NCBI GenBank assembly: GCA_964016885.1
Contig: OZ024745.1
Coordinates: 14,570,001-14,634,000, forward strand
Length of the DNA stretch: 64,000 bases
Origin: Eledone cirrhosa
Lineage: Eukaryota
Direction: 5' to 3'
The stretch's first letter is position 1. Each line of letters starts with the position of its first letter. Positions 38,945 through 54,253 of the stretch are shown here, in pieces. The position numbers were made by a program, and so were the translations under genes. A model generated the notes under the pieces. That model worked only from the letters and a program-made list of their open reading frames with translations, was not told the origin of the DNA and ran no database searches.

Positions 38945-39551
38945 TCAGGTCACCAGTTGGTGCTACTGGTAACATGTATCCCAGTACAACCTGTCTCATG
39001 GTCGGGTCGTTGGCGACTAAACTGGCAACCCTACCAAGGTTTCTTGGTGAGGAGGGTGACTTTGGACATCCTGCAGGACTAAAAACAAAACCTGTCAAAG
39101 GGCAAAGGAGCTCTTAAGAGTCAATGGCCATCCAAAATCACCGGGAGAGATGACCCCTTAGCCTTTGTCAAGGCAGAATTCTAGGAGAAGGAAAACTCTG
39201 ATATAACACCTGCAACCCTGATGGTATCCAATGATGTTGACTTGTACTTCTTTTTGGTAAATATCATCTTGGTTAAGAGAGTGGGACTGGCTTTGTGCAG
39301 TGCCTTTGCTCACTATAAAAGCTTCACGGCACAGGCATTGCTTTATATCTGGAGATCTCTCTGCACTTGTCGTCACATGGTACCATGGGCCCAGCACTAT
39401 GTGTCAGCAATTGTCACAAGTGTAGTGTTTGTACCAGAGTTTTCAAGTCGCTGGCTGGACTAAAAAGTCACACTCGTTCAGCGCATCGCTAGGGGTTCTC
39501 CTACATGGATATAAAGTAGTGGCCGTACTCGAAAACGAGTTGGCAGCCACC
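38945..39551 (+). mobile_element. Bipartite RTE derivative, second family
   Basis: 5'UTR motif TCTAGGAGAAGGAAAACTC, a C2H2 remnant (CHKCSVCTRVF..LAGLKSHTR) and 3' end TACTCGAAAACGAGTTGGCAGCCACC. (TATG)n on both sides. Confidence 0.8.
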
Positions 39552-39603
39552 GTATGTATGTATGTATGTATGTATGTATGTATGTATGTCTCTCTCTCAC
39601 TCA

Positions 39604-39647
<44 letters not shown>

Positions 39648-40223
39648 CTATCTATCCACCCATCTGTCTCTCAGTCTGTATGACTGACTGCCTGGCTGCC
39701 TGGCTGTCTCTCTCTATTCCTACTCACCTTAGTAAAATATACAAACTTTTATAAATTAATCATAGATGGGTACGTGAAATCTACCATCATTTATGCTGGC
39801 TTTAACATTAAAATATAATTCTGATATATCAACAACAGAAAGAACTAAAAATAAAAAAACTCTTATCTTCAAAGAGTAGGTTTTTCCACTTCTTATATGA
39901 GTAAGCTGACGAAGAATTGGTAAAGTCGTTAGAACCTCGAATAAAATGTTGTTCGGTATGTGTTCCGGCTCTCAGCCCAACTCCTTGATATCAACCTTAC
40001 CTTTCAATTATCCGGTATCGATAAATAATGAATCTGAGGTCCATTCTTCTCTCTTTCTTGAAATCGCTCAAGTTGTGATATAAGAAGTCTTGTGAAAGAA
40101 AGGCCAGAAACGACGTCATTTTCTTCAGAAATGGATAATGATTTATCAAGGTGTTCCATGTCATAGAAAAACCTTATATATTACTGGAACTGTCTTTTAT
40201 TTGGCGGGGTGTATCTAAAGCTA

Positions 40224-40383
40224 GTCGGCGAATTGGCAAAGTCGTTAGAACATTGGATAGAATGCTTTGCGGCATTCATTTTGACTCTCTGCTCCTTGAG
40301 TTCAAATCTCGCCGAGGTTAACTTTGCCTTTCATCTGTACAAGGTCAATAAAAAAAAGTACCTGTCTATTACTGGGGTCGATT
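40224..40383 (+). mobile_element. tRNA-derived SINE (a related decayed copy lies at about 39905-40030)
   Basis: gagttcaaatctcgccgaggttaactttgcctttcatc. Confidence 0.8.
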
Positions 40384-40854
40384 CTTCCTCCATTTGTTTT
40401 TCACTTACATTCTTTCACTTTTTCCATTCTTTTCTGGAAGAAATTTGCTGTATTCAGACCTGGAGAGGAGATGGGCTCCACCAGGTTTAAAAGATGCTCT
40501 AAGAAACGATGTATGTTAATATTGCGCCCTTACCATTCCCTCAGCAGGGAGTTACATGCATACATCTAAAGCTACATCATCCAGCGTGGACCTCTGTATG
40601 AGGTAGTCTGGTGCGGTGGAAAGTAATAGTTTGGCTTCTATGGAAAAACGACCGAGGAATGAACTCATGTAAAGTTTTCTAGTTGTTTCATGTAGATACG
40701 TTAAGATTGAATCACTATTTCCCTTTATCTTTACACTTAACAAATTTAATTGTTAGGTCAATAAGCTGATAGAAATAAGAACATATCGGTTATATTTCAC
40801 TTAGATTGTCTACAGCAGAGCAACCACATTTGCTTTTAAACATAGTCATACACT

Positions 40855-41125
40855 GATATGCATGGTCTAGTGGTAGTCATAATATCGTGGGTTCGATACA
40901 TGGACAGGCTTGCCTTTTGTGTTCTTGAACAAAACACTTCATTTCACGTTGCTTCAGTATACTCAGCTGAAGGTGAGTACCAGTAACAGTAATAGTAGGG
41001 GGTTTAACACTGCAATGGACTAGCGTATTATCCAGGAAAAAATCTTATATCTTTAGTCGCCCCGCGCCATGGAAACCGTGATAAGCACCGACCTGATGAG
41101 CCTTCGGGCTGAAGACAGACTTTAG
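40855..41125 (+). mobile_element. tRNA-derived SINE with a central conserved domain and LINE-like tail
   Basis: A box TGGTCTAGTGG, B box GGTTCGATAC, then ttgtgttcttgaacaaaacacttc and ggaaaccgtgataagcaccgacctgatgagcc. Confidence 0.65.
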
Positions 41126-43092
41126 ACATACACCAAGGAATGAAAATATGCAGTAGATTAAAGGCAAATAAGATAAAATGTAAAGCTATAGCAGTATATT
41201 TAATTTTCACGTGTACTTGTGGTAATGGTGGTTTAACAACTTGATTGCGTTGGCATGTTTTTAGACGTTTCTCTATTAACCGGAGGAAAATTCCATGTAG
41301 GTAATGGAATTCCTTTATCTTCAGACAGTAAAAGTTATCTTTATAATGAAAAACTCCGAAGAACATTTTTATACTGAAAGGAATATTCACGAGTAGCTAA
41401 GAACTTTGAGATGTAATTGATTTGACCTAAAGTCAAATGCAGTTTCATAGCTCAAAGTTATTTTCTCGTTCCTCAAATATTACAGTCTAAAAACATTACT
41501 TTATCATTTACAGAGGCTAACGAAGTTGCACCATTCAACACTTTTATTCTGAAATCTCAAATCTGATACAGATCTTTCCTTACGGCTTTTCCCAGGAATC
41601 ACATTTAAAAGAACATAAATATTTTTATTCATATCTATGTCCGAAAAAATTCGAGAATGTAAAAAAGTAGCATCATAAAGACAACTGAAGCTGATGTGGT
41701 TGATTTCAGATTAAAAGGATTTGAAAGGAATTACTGTTTGTATTATCCTCTACAATAATATATGAATCGACCAAAGAGATGGGATTTTGAAGGAGAACCT
41801 CTTCCATTAGAAAATTATATAAAGAAGGTTCACAATAATAATTATTTCCTTTTAATAATAAGATCCACAATTTTATAATGACATTTATATATCAAGATTG
41901 CTTACAATATTGAACCAATGAAGAGGTCTATAGAAAATTGAATCATATTTATTCATATATGGCTTTTTTCTTTCATTGTAGTTTGATGGATATATCTTCA
42001 ATTTTATTGATTTACCGCAGTTGATTTTAATTATATTAACTTCTACAAATGATAGTCATGCAGTACATTTGCAATGCCTACTTATTAAATAAGTGTGGTA
42101 GTGAGGTGTGTATTTTTGTGTATATCCACATACAGATATACATATACATGCATAGACGTCTCTGTATTCCGAACGATCATTCGAAATAACTTTTCAAGTA
42201 AAAATATCTTAAATTGTCACATTCAACTGACATTATAAAAACATTATAAATACTTTCGTTTGAAATGTTTATATACGTAAATTCTATTTTAATTTTAAAA
42301 TTAAAAATATACGTTTTTACCAGAAAATGTTTTGAGAGAAATAATTTTTTTTATTTCTTTACATATTTCTATGTTGGTACATGATTGTGGCAATACTGTT
42401 TTATATCTTTAAAATAATTTATTATACTGTGTATATCTGTGCTTATTTTTGGGAACTGTCAAAATCCCTAACGCCCAAGTATGTTGCATACATATGCAAA
42501 AATCAAAAAAATCAAGCTATTTTATAAAAACAGACCATCGGATGTTTTTACTTTCAAGTATGATGTAGTAGTCATAAAGAGATTATGGCAGTTTCATTGA
42601 TATCGTTGTTGTATATTTGAAGAATATTGTAATCTTAGAGACTTTAAAAAGAACATTCATAACTTAATGGTATTTGAAGAATTACTCATCTAATCTTACA
42701 TACTAGCAACTTGATCTTACGCGGTCAGTTGTGAACAAATTATAAAATAAATGTCGAATATATTCAATTAATATCCACTAGTTAAATTAGACGACATACG
42801 GATTGATAAATTCTGATAAATTTAAGAAATTCAGACTTATACTCGAATAATGCATGTGAAGTTGAATCATCTAAAATTACCTTCAGCTATAAATCATGAA
42901 AACCAATATCTGGCTTGCAAGGTAATTCAATTTGTAGCGGTTTGAATCAGCAAAGCAAGAGTTAATTTAATGAATATGTATAGAGTGAGTTCTGTGGATG
43001 TACCGTGAGGATAACGAATACGGAACATGTTATATAGATGATAAAGGCCACTAACATAGTAGGTAGATACGTCGTCTTCTCACAGTACATTA

Positions 43093-43192
<100 letters not shown>

Positions 43193-43268
43193 GCATATAT
43201 ATGAATATAAATGCATATATATGAATATAAATTCCTATGGCGTTAAATCGATCTAAATTACCAATATA

Positions 43269-43320
<52 letters not shown>

Positions 43321-43509
43321 TGTATGCATATCTATATAAATAAATTTCTGTTGAAGAAGTTTCTTAAATACCTCAGAATATTAGATGTGATTGAACAATT
43401 TTAAATTTTAAGATTGGAATTATGTTTACTTTCTAAACTTTGTCCAATCGATGTGAAATTGGCTACCAAAAGTAGTTAAAATTAATCTTAGTATATGATA
43501 TTCGTACTC

Positions 43510-43698
43510 TACGAGGGTCGGCTGAAAATATCACAGGCTGAAAGGTTCATAGACTGACCAAGATACTCTCATGGAATGATCAAATATGTTTTATATTTCA
43601 ACATAGTCCCTGGAAAGAAACAATGCAAGTATTAATAAAGGGAATTGAAAATAATGCTCGCATCTTTCCTTCATAGTCAGCCTATGAACCTTTCAGCC
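43510..43698. mobile_element. Mariner-type MITE, same family as 5135-5316
   Basis: tacgagggtcggctgaaaa ... gatactctcatggaatga ... tatgaacctttcagcc. Confidence 0.7.
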
Positions 43699-43749
43699 TT
43701 TGATTATCATCCGTTTGACTATCGGAGACTTTGGTGTAGCGTCCAAAGA

Positions 43750-44190
43750 TGTATTCATCTGCACTTTCAAAAGTCCCTGAACAGTCCAATACGTGGCAGT
43801 CTCTAATGCATTTTCTGAAGATAATCAACCTTACTTGTTGAGGCTATCGTTGTCACTTCTTTTTACTTGACCCTTTGCCAACAAGGTCCCTGTTCGATGT
43901 CTACTCTGTTGTCTGTATGCCCTTCCTGACAGTGAGATGCCAAGCTGCACAGTCACCTGTGTATTGTTCTCAGGTGATGATGTTGATACGGCAGTTTCAT
44001 GTCTTCCTTGCAGACATGTTTGTAGCGCACATATGGCCGTTCTGCTAATTGTGAGCCCTCAGCCAGCTCACAGTACGTTAAGTCTTGGGGAAGGCAACCC
44101 GCGGCCATTCTCCTGACGTGACCGAGCCAACGAAGACACCTCTCGCTGAAAACAGCGAACATGCTGCCCAAAATTACTGCACCATTAGTC
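43750..44190 (-). mobile_element. RTE (BovB-like) LINE 3' fragment
   Basis: LRWLGHVRRM..GCLPQDLTYCELAEG....RPYVRYKHVCKEDMK. Confidence 0.8.
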
Positions 44191-44688
44191 ATATAAAAAT
44201 CTGTTTTATATAGTTCCAGATATTTGGTTTGAATGATTTAATATATTCTACAAAATTCTCTATTGTTTTCTTTTACAAGAATTTTCCTTAAAATATTCTG
44301 ATACAGGAAACCCTCACCTGTAACCTTTTGTAACCCCGTATAACCTCCTATAATCTCATATTACCTCAATCGATATGTAACAGAATACTGTTGTTTCCAG
44401 AAACATGAACAGCTAGGGTAAAACTTTCAATGACTCTACTCAAAAGACAAGATACCATGTTATCATTTAAATACATCAGACATTTGCTTTTTCTCTTTGG
44501 TTTTTATTGATTTTTTTTGTCTTTTTACCTGCTGGCTGATATATCTGAAGTAGTTTTAACATTTCTGTTATTTTCAAATGCCCTGCTGTTCAGATGGTGA
44601 AGCTGTCCGAACAATTAGGAAAATACTGACAGCCAGAATATTAAATGACGTGGCTGAAAGAACAGAGGAAAGTATATCATATACATAC

Positions 44689-44789
<101 letters not shown>

Positions 44790-44824
44790 CATATATATAT
44801 ACGTTTGTGTGTGTGTATAAATAC

Positions 44825-44864
<40 letters not shown>

Positions 44865-44882
44865 TCATATATATATATGTAT

Positions 44883-45253
44883 GATGATGGCTACCCCCTC
44901 GTTATCGAGTATGGTCATTGCACGATATACCATTATTAATAATTATTAATTAATTCTATCGTGCAATGCCCGTGCGTGAAGGTATTTTTTAAAGTGAGGA
45001 AAGACTGTGCATTGAGCCAATCCCACTCTCTGAGCGACAGTAGCTATAATCCGAAAACAAGAAAAGATCAACATCATCGGTAACTACTCAGCCGCAGGTT
45101 TTATATCGGAGTTATCCCAGTTTCCTGAAGAAGAATGCTCTGACAAAGGCTAGGGGTCCTTCACTCCCAGTGGTTTAACCACGCGGTACACGTGTATATA
45201 TATATTTGCATACTTTTGGATGACCGTTGACTCTTATGAGTTCTTCCGCCCTT

Positions 45254-45256
<3 letters not shown>
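44883..45256 (-). mobile_element. Bipartite RTE derivative, same family as 16696-17173
   Basis: Reverse complement of 16696-17173, including the same internal junction ...gcacgatagaattaatt...aatggtatatcgtgcaat... Confidence 0.88.
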
Positions 45257-45309
<53 letters not shown>

Positions 45310-45347
45310 TGTGGGTATATATATATATAATATATATATAATATATA

Positions 45348-45905
<558 letters not shown>

Positions 45906-45987
45906 GTTATTCCGGGTTGAATCGGAGGTAACCACAGTAAGTAAGGTACTCAATACATTGCAGAGTATAAAAGTTTTAATATAGATG

Positions 45988-46038
45988 AGATTCTACAGGA
46001 CTAGAACTGTTTCATTCTTTAGAAATCATCAGGAATCT
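45988..46038 (-). ncRNA. Type I hammerhead ribozyme
   Basis: agattc-CUGAUGA-tttctaaagaat-GAAA-cag-ttctagtc-ctg-UA-gaatct (GUA cleavage triplet). Confidence 0.82.
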
Positions 46039-46481
46039 GGGTATCAAAAAATAAATATGGTATTTATAGGTCTCTACAAGTGGTAGGAGAGGGTGGGGAG
46101 TCGGATGGGTGTAGGTCATTGGTTGATAGAAAAGGGAATTCATTAAAAGCTAATTCTACAAAGCTATAGATTATTTTTAGTAATTTTTGTTTTTAGAGTA
46201 ACAAAGGCAGACAGAATTCTATAAACAGGTTCCGGATGGCATACCATTCCTTGTCATTAAGTTTCTCTTCAGCTAACAGATGTCTATAAGATCAGTGGGG
46301 GGTCAGTCATGGTAGATAGAATTAAAGAATTAAAAATTAATAAAAATAAACTATAGCTTTGTAGAATTAGCTTTTAATGAATTCCCTTTTCTATCAACCA
46401 ATGACCTACACTCATCCCACTCCCCACCCTCTCCTACAACTTGTAGAGACCTATAAATACCATATTTATTTTTTGATACCC

Positions 46482-46532
46482 AGATTCCTGATGATTTCTA
46501 AAGAATGAAACACTTCTAGTCCTGTAGAATCT
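46482..46532 (+). ncRNA. Type I hammerhead ribozyme (opposite arm)
   Basis: agattc-CUGAUGA(46488)-ttc/gaa stem-GAAA(46507)-ca...tg-UA-gaatct. Confidence 0.78.
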
Positions 46533-46558
46533 CATCTATATTAAAACTATATATATAT

Positions 46559-46711
<153 letters not shown>

Positions 46712-47389
46712 GTATTTATACACACACAAACGTATATATGTATGTTTATATGTCAAGTCTGAAAGCCGCAACGATAGATACCAGTGAATTTGACATATTT
46801 TTCTGTGTAAATTGCTAAGCCGAGATTCAGATTCTATCTTTACTTTGCTATCTGTCATACAATGATTAAGCACTACATTAAAAGTGTGTGTGAATCCCTG
46901 TCAGCATTTACGTGTTTCTATCTGTTTCTGCTCCGTAACTTAATGGTTCGACAAAACATAACGATAATATATGAACCAGACTTGCACATACAAGTACTAG
47001 GTTCGGTATGACCGACTAAGTCGAAGAAGTGACCCAGTATGGCCACAGTTTAATAACTGAAATCAATAAAACTGTCAGAGCAAAAGTATATTACCGTTGA
47101 ACATATTGTCACCACATTGCAGATAACTATAATAGTAATTGATGAAATTCGATAACGTACATCTGCAGATTGAAAATGTGGCCGGAGATATCAGCCGGGA
47201 AGCGAACACCACATCTCTCGTAGTAGGCGTCACTGTCTTCTTGTTCATTTATTATTTATAGGGATCTACTATTAATATAGTTATCTGCATCGTGTCGTCA
47301 GTAGTTGACATAAGATACTCCTACACGCACACACACGCAGCCTAAACACAAGAAATTTGCTTCTATTAGATTATACATATGGAAATTAA

Positions 47390-48344
47390 CCTCATACTCA
47401 TACTTCTCGGGCGCTTGTATTCGCGATCGTATTCATAACCCAAGATTCATGACTATAGTTAAAGGTTGCCAAGAATACCGAATTGAAGATAACAAGTTCA
47501 GCTTTTACACCTAACTCACTTCTTTTCATTACCGAATGCTGAAACGTGCACTGCACTGGCCTCCTTGAGAGGGTGAGTATCATAGATTTCACAGCACTGA
47601 TTTTAATTCCATCCATGCAACACTCACCATCAAACGTATCAAGTGCAAGTCGGAGATCACCTTCTGACGAGTTAAGTAACACCTTGTCATCTTCAAACTC
47701 CAACCGACTGATTCTACACCTGCCAATTGTGATATCACTTCCAACCCGGCTGCGCATGTATAAACATAGACTTTACCGGGGAGGCTTAATAAGGAGTGCC
47801 CTTTCTAATCGGAACAATCTAGCCTGCCTTTTTTTTTGAAAATTTGATTATCATTCTCGTTTGCCCTTGCTTAGTCGCATTTCCATAGATCCAGGTCACT
47901 CGTCACACACGAGTCAGTCAGAGTATACCCTCTCTATTTAAGGCTTTTAACATCTCGGGCCGGATTACATCTTCCCTAGCGGCCTTGCCATATTTGAACT
48001 CTTTTACTGCTCTTGTGACTTCAGCCTCCCAGAGATTAGTCACCGCTCCCAGAGATTAGTCACCGCTCCCAGAGGCACCTCGTGCACATCACAGGATGCT
48101 GTTGTGATCGGGTTTAGGAGATCAGCAAAGTATTATCTTCACCTCACGAGGACGCAACTCTCTGAAGAGAGGAGAACCCCAGACGCGTTCCTGTGAACAG
48201 GTGTGGAGGAGGACTTCTTACTACGAAGTCGGTAGATCGTCTGCCAGAACACAACACTTTATTTACTGATCTGAAATCAGATTCAAGCTTAACATCGAAG
48301 TCCTCCCATGTCTTAACTTCGGGCGCCTTTACTGTCTCTGCTGC

Positions 48345-48345
<1 letters not shown>
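47390..48345 (-). mobile_element. Decayed RTE (Expander-like) LINE fragment
   Basis: YFADLLNP, EAEVTRAVKEFKYGKAAREDVIRPEMLK and ISRLEFEDDKVLL..SEGDLRLALD. Contains a 20-bp tandem duplication at about 48027-48073. Confidence 0.75.
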
Positions 48346-48387
<42 letters not shown>

Positions 48388-50276
48388 TAAATCAAACGTG
48401 GTTTGCAATATTACGTAACCAGTTGTAACAACATCTGAAACAATACACACATTACTTACCCACACCTTTACCAAATATTTTGACTTTTTCTCTCTTTCGG
48501 AAAACGTTACCCGTAGGGCATGCTATTCGCAGTCTCTCCCCAATTCCATCATTTCAAATGAGACGAACACGATCATAAATGAGCAAACACTTCATTTATG
48601 CTCTTCTACACTATCAGTGTATCTTCCGTAGCGCCACTAGTAGAGGAATCTTTCACACTTAACTGAAACAGAGGTCTCGCAAAACCATAACTTCAGCGAA
48701 AGCAATACATATTTTCCTCTGTTTTGTAGATTATGCACGGTATTAAGACTTCCTAGTTATGTTGCCTGCTTGTTTGCTCTATTGGTTTGTTATTTATTTG
48801 ATCAATTTACAGTTACGTGACAGATCGTCCCATTTTCATGTTAGGTCAGTGAGAATAACTCCATTCTCACTAACATACACTCAATTAACTATGTGAACCC
48901 TAAGGTTTGATTATGTTTCCGTCTCCCAACTTCAAATCACTTCTAAAATACATACTCATCTGAACATGGTATCTTACTTCTAGTCTATGTACAGCATTGT
49001 TAAAACTACGTTACAAAGTTTGGACCTCACCAGAGACACGAAATAATTTAGCTTTCCCAGTTGCTGACCTCTACAAATCACAAGAAAGGCACATAGTGGT
49101 CCGTTACTAATAAATCTGGTATAGTGTGCAGTTGTTATATACGCAAGAAATGAAGGCCTTATGAATGATTGTCAAACAATACCTCATAAAACATTCCAGT
49201 AACTGGCTAAGATATACAACTTCTTATCTCCTGTTCTTCTACCGCTATAATTAATCGCCTTTTTTGGAACATATTCCAGTGATAAATACATCCACCCTAT
49301 TATCGCCATCTTTACTGTACCGGTAGCTCACTTCCGAGATCTTCAATTAAACGCTGCTTTGTCTGATCATTTCTCTTCTCAAATACAATCCACAGAATTT
49401 CCACTACCAACTTCGTTATTCCAACAAACCTTCAAAAGCAACAATAACCACATTAAACCTACTGATGTGAGCAGGCTTGCAGAAGTTGCTTCTTCTCTGA
49501 CAAAAGAAATATGATTATTACGAAAGAATTATTCCATATACATTATACATTTATACGTTCTTTATATCTTCCCGATATACATTCTAGAGAATAACCTAAC
49601 CCTTTGTAATTCACATACACGTATTTTATATATAATTCAACAAACGAATATTTGTTCCTTCGTATGCATAGCTCCTTGTTATATGTATATCTATAACTAT
49701 AGCGTGATTATGTTAGTTAAATTGCCTGATGTTGTCTATGGCTACATTTGAATGTATTCGCGTGAGGCAAAAGAAGATAATCAAATAGAACACAACATTC
49801 CTATCTCTTTTCAAACTATAAATGTGAAGAAATTATATCGATTACTTTATGTTCCTTAATATGGTATATAATTCCTTTCATTAACGGGATATATTTTCAA
49901 TTATCTGCATGAATAACACGAAACCGTCTTGATTATAATGCTATAGGGCAAACATATTGACGCTGTAGCCTTCAGTCTTTCTTCTCTTTACAGCTACTCA
50001 AATGAAACTTATGCTTGGCGAGAGAAGACTCCCGGCAGAAAACAATTCTTTTGGCATCTCAAAGTTAAGTGTTAGAACGAATTATTTCTTAGAATAATAA
50101 TCTCTTAGAATAATCTCTTTTTTTTTTCGTTTTGGATTCTAATTGTTGTAGTAGTCAAGTGGCAATTATATTCCAAAGTACATTATTCGTATTTCTGAAG
50201 GATTCAACACTTCTGTACAGAGATTCACTTATACGAAAAACACGTATGTATGTATGAATGTATGTATGTATGTATG

Positions 50277-50656
50277 GAGAAGGAAAACTCTGATATAACA
50301 CCTGCAACCCTGATGGTATCCAATCATGTTGACTTGTTCTTCTTTTTGGTAAATATCATCTTGGTTAAGAGAGTGGGACTGGCTTTGTGCACTGGCTTTG
50401 TGCAGTACATTTGCTCACTATAAAAGCTTCACGGCACAGGCATTGCTTTATATCTGGAGATCTCTCTGCACTTGTCGTCACATGGTACCATGGGCCCAGC
50501 ACTGTGTGTCTATAATTGTCACAAGTGTAGTGTTTGTACCAGAGTTTTCAAGTCGCTGGCTGGACTAAAAAGTCACACTCGTTCAGCGCATCGGTAGGGG
50601 TTCTCCTACATGGATATAAAGTAGTGGCCGTACTTGAAAACGAGTTGGCAGCCACC
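50277..50656 (+). mobile_element. 5'-truncated copy of the bipartite RTE family at 38945-39551
   Basis: Near-identical to 39184-39551, with (TATG)n on both sides. Confidence 0.88.
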
Positions 50657-50723
50657 ATGTATGTATGTATGTATGTATGTATGTATGTATGTATGTATGT
50701 ATGTATGTATGTATGTATGTATG

Positions 50724-50784
<61 letters not shown>

Positions 50785-50905
50785 CTATCTATTAACATAC
50801 ACACACATGTATGCATTGAATTGAATATTTTCTCACGCTTCATCTCGTTCTTCTACACTTCTGACTATCTTTGTCCAGTGTCAGGAAATTTGTGCGTATT
50901 TTTAC

Positions 50906-51025
50906 GCATACACATCCACACAAACAAAAGCATACACATCCACACAAACAAAAGCATACACATCCACACAAACAAAATCATACACATCCACACAAACAAA
51001 AGCATACACATCCACACAAAAACAA
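50906..51025. repeat. 24-bp tandem repeat, ~5 copies
   Basis: Unit catacacatccacacaaacaaaag. Confidence 0.85.
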
Positions 51026-51064
51026 ATGCACACACATAAACAAACGCATATACACATATTAATC

Positions 51065-51300
51065 TTGAACTGTCTCTGACGGTCACGGGTGATTGCTTGA
51101 TTTGTGTCAAAGTTCTTCCCGGTTCACTCAGCTATGTTGTCTGTCCACCGCTTCTGCTGTCTTCCCTGTCTTCTCTTTCCCAGCACTCTTCCTTGGATAT
51201 TACCACAACAAAGATATAATCTCTGGAGCCATCACTATTTCCTAAAATACTAGATTCTCTCATCACTGAATATTTCTCCCAGTGACTGTAACACTATCAT
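51065..51300 (-). mobile_element. RTE-like LINE 3' remnant
   Basis: Reverse strand translates IQGRVLGKRRQGRQQKRWTDNIAE*TG. Confidence 0.6.
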
Positions 51301-52559
51301 TATAGAAAACATTGCGTTTCATTTTACTGCATAAAGTGTTCCCTCCTTAACTTCTAAGCTCAGTACTGAAGTACTTCTCCATATCTGGGATCCTGTTGCT
51401 ACCAAACAGGCAAACATCCTAGACGGCATTCAATACAACAACAACAAAATAAATTGACTAACATGAATGAGGTCGTTCACAAACATACTTTGACCTTCAA
51501 ATTGAAATATATGTTCCGCATTCAAACCTCTGCCTGATTTATTGTAATCGTATTTAAGCTTTTACTTCGATTGTTTTATCTGCATTCCGTCTTTTAAATA
51601 TGTTTTTGCCATTATTGATCTTAGCATGCAGAAATAAGTTGTTTTTGTTTTACACTACTCATATTTCTACTTGCTTCACTAGTATAGAAACAGTTTCTTT
51701 CTAAATTGGTACATATTCTTAATCCCGTCTAATATTTACATTTACTATTGCCGTCATGTGTATTATCATACTTCTAGATAGCTCTTTATGTTCTCAGTTC
51801 GAATCCCACCAGGTTCAACTTTGACGTACAGGGACTGGTATAATCGATTTGCCACCCCCACCATTAATTGCTGGCATTTGCCTAAATTAGAAACTGATGT
51901 TTCTCGCCAGCAATTATTGATCATATTCCATGCTTTATGTTAACCAGAAAGCTATTTTGCTGGAAAATTTCTAGTCTATTATTATATATTATAGTTTATC
52001 TACGTTGTCTAACCTCTTTCGACAGAAAAATTCACTAAAAGAGAAGAATTTAATTTTATCATCTATTTCCATATTTATATGGTTCATATTGATCTTTATG
52101 TCTTAATTTAAACATATTTGGTAAATAGAGAATAACTGTTAGTCAATTTATAATTATTTATGCCCAGTGCAACTGTAAAAAGAAAACATTCGTGACATTC
52201 AAGAAATATTTTGATAAAGAGTCCATTAGTAAAAGAATAATATATGTCCTATTGATGCTATGCCTTCGAATATTAAAGAGAAAGAGAAATATTGGAGGAA
52301 TGTTGGTTATGTTATAATGTTATATATTTGATTATACTGCTAACTAAAATATTTTGCCAAATTATATATAGAAACACTTACAACGGGTGATTTAAGAAAC
52401 GAAGGAACGAAAGGAAGGAACGGAAAATCAATATGTATACATATATATGTGTGTATGTAAGGGTGTGAGTGTGTGTATTATGTGCATATATATAGAAATA
52501 CTTACAACGGGGTTGATTCAAGAAACGAAGGCATGAAAGGAAAATCAATATATATATAC

Positions 52560-52602
<43 letters not shown>

Positions 52603-52610
<8 letters not shown>

Positions 52611-52810
52611 AAAAAAATGAAAAGAATTACTTCACTTGTAGTGGTAACACATTTTTTTTATTTAATTTTATAATATTATAATATTATGAGTTAACTCATA
52701 ATATTATAATATAACATTTAATCAAACATTTTTTAACACTACAAGTGAAGTAATTCTTTTCCTTTTTTCAAATATACCTAACTGTACCAAGGATCTCACA
52801 CATTTTCCAA
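52603..52810. mobile_element. Fold-back insertion in (TA)n with a 34-bp tail
   Basis: Centre gagtt|aactc (52688-52697). Arms tatatttgaaaaaa..gaattacttcacttgtagtg and its reverse complement. Tail 52777-52810. A relative in the opposite orientation lies at 55401-55575. Confidence 0.75.
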
Positions 52811-52817
52811 TATATAT

Positions 52818-52916
<99 letters not shown>

Positions 52917-52938
52917 TATATATATATATTTATATATA

Positions 52939-52996
<58 letters not shown>

Positions 52997-53046
52997 ATGT
53001 AATATGTTAATAAATTGTGTTTTAATGCATCACTGATTCCTCGTTT

Positions 53047-53115
<69 letters not shown>

Positions 53116-53118
<3 letters not shown>

Positions 53119-54253
53119 GGATGTGAGTTTTATTGTAGTACAATAAAGCAATGCAGTTATCGGATAAGTAGCACTCTACAGTTTGTAGGACTGGAGTATA
53201 AATAATATATAAGATCAAAAGATGGTTAAAAGAGTTCCATGTATTTTATTATACGCAATTCAAAAACAAATATCATCATGCAATAACATTTGCGTTTTCA
53301 TCAGATAAAATAGGGAGACATGATATGAAGGTTAAAACACACTTGTGAATAGTGCAGTTTTAAATCAACATATGAAAAGTAGTTTTAGATTGATGTGTGA
53401 TATTGGGAAAAAAATTGAGATAGGAGGAGAGATGGGTGATAGAGAGAGAGAGATAGCTTTTATAACTGAGAAAAATATATTGTTTTACATAGAGAGGTTG
53501 AAAAACCGTTGGAAGATAATATATAATTTAAAAGAATTTGAAAATTAACAAAGAGAAAAATTTTAGAATAATGTTAAATTAAGGTTTGTATATTTAAGGG
53601 TTTAATAATATGTGCGATGAAAAGAAATTGTTAATATGTATTAAGAATAATATTTAAGGGTTTAATAATATGTGCGATGGAAAGAAATTGTTGATATGTA
53701 TTATTAAAAAATAATAAAAATATACCAATAATAATGTAAGTAAGGATATATTGTGAAAGAAGTAGAAGAGAGGATGAATAAGTATAATATGTATAAGTTA
53801 GATGAGCATGAAAGGGAGAAAAAATAATGAATAATTCATTATTTGTTCTCCCTTTCATGCTCATCTAACTTATACATATTACACTTATTCATCCTCTCTT
53901 CTACTTCTTTCACAATATATCCTTAATTACATTACTATTTCTCCTACATCTCTCCTCCTATCTCATCCTTCCTCATTATACTCCTCCCTTTCCACTTTTT
54001 ACTCTCATCTCCTCCTCTTTTTCATCCCCCCCCCCCCTCAATTTTTTTCCCAATATCACACATCAATCTAAAACTACTTTTCATATGTTGATTTAAAACT
54101 GCACTATTCACAAGTGTGTTTTAACCTTCATATCATGTCTCCCTATTTTATCTGACGAAAACGCAAATGTTATTGCATGATGATATTTGTTTTTGAAATG
54201 CGCATAATAAAATACATGGAACTCTTTTAACCATCTTTTGATCTTATATATTA

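Noticed and set aside
41088-41122. CTGATGA-gcc ttcg ggc-tGAAG, hammerhead-like
   Set aside because: There is no GAAA box and no convincing stem I or III. It lies in a SINE 3' tail hairpin.
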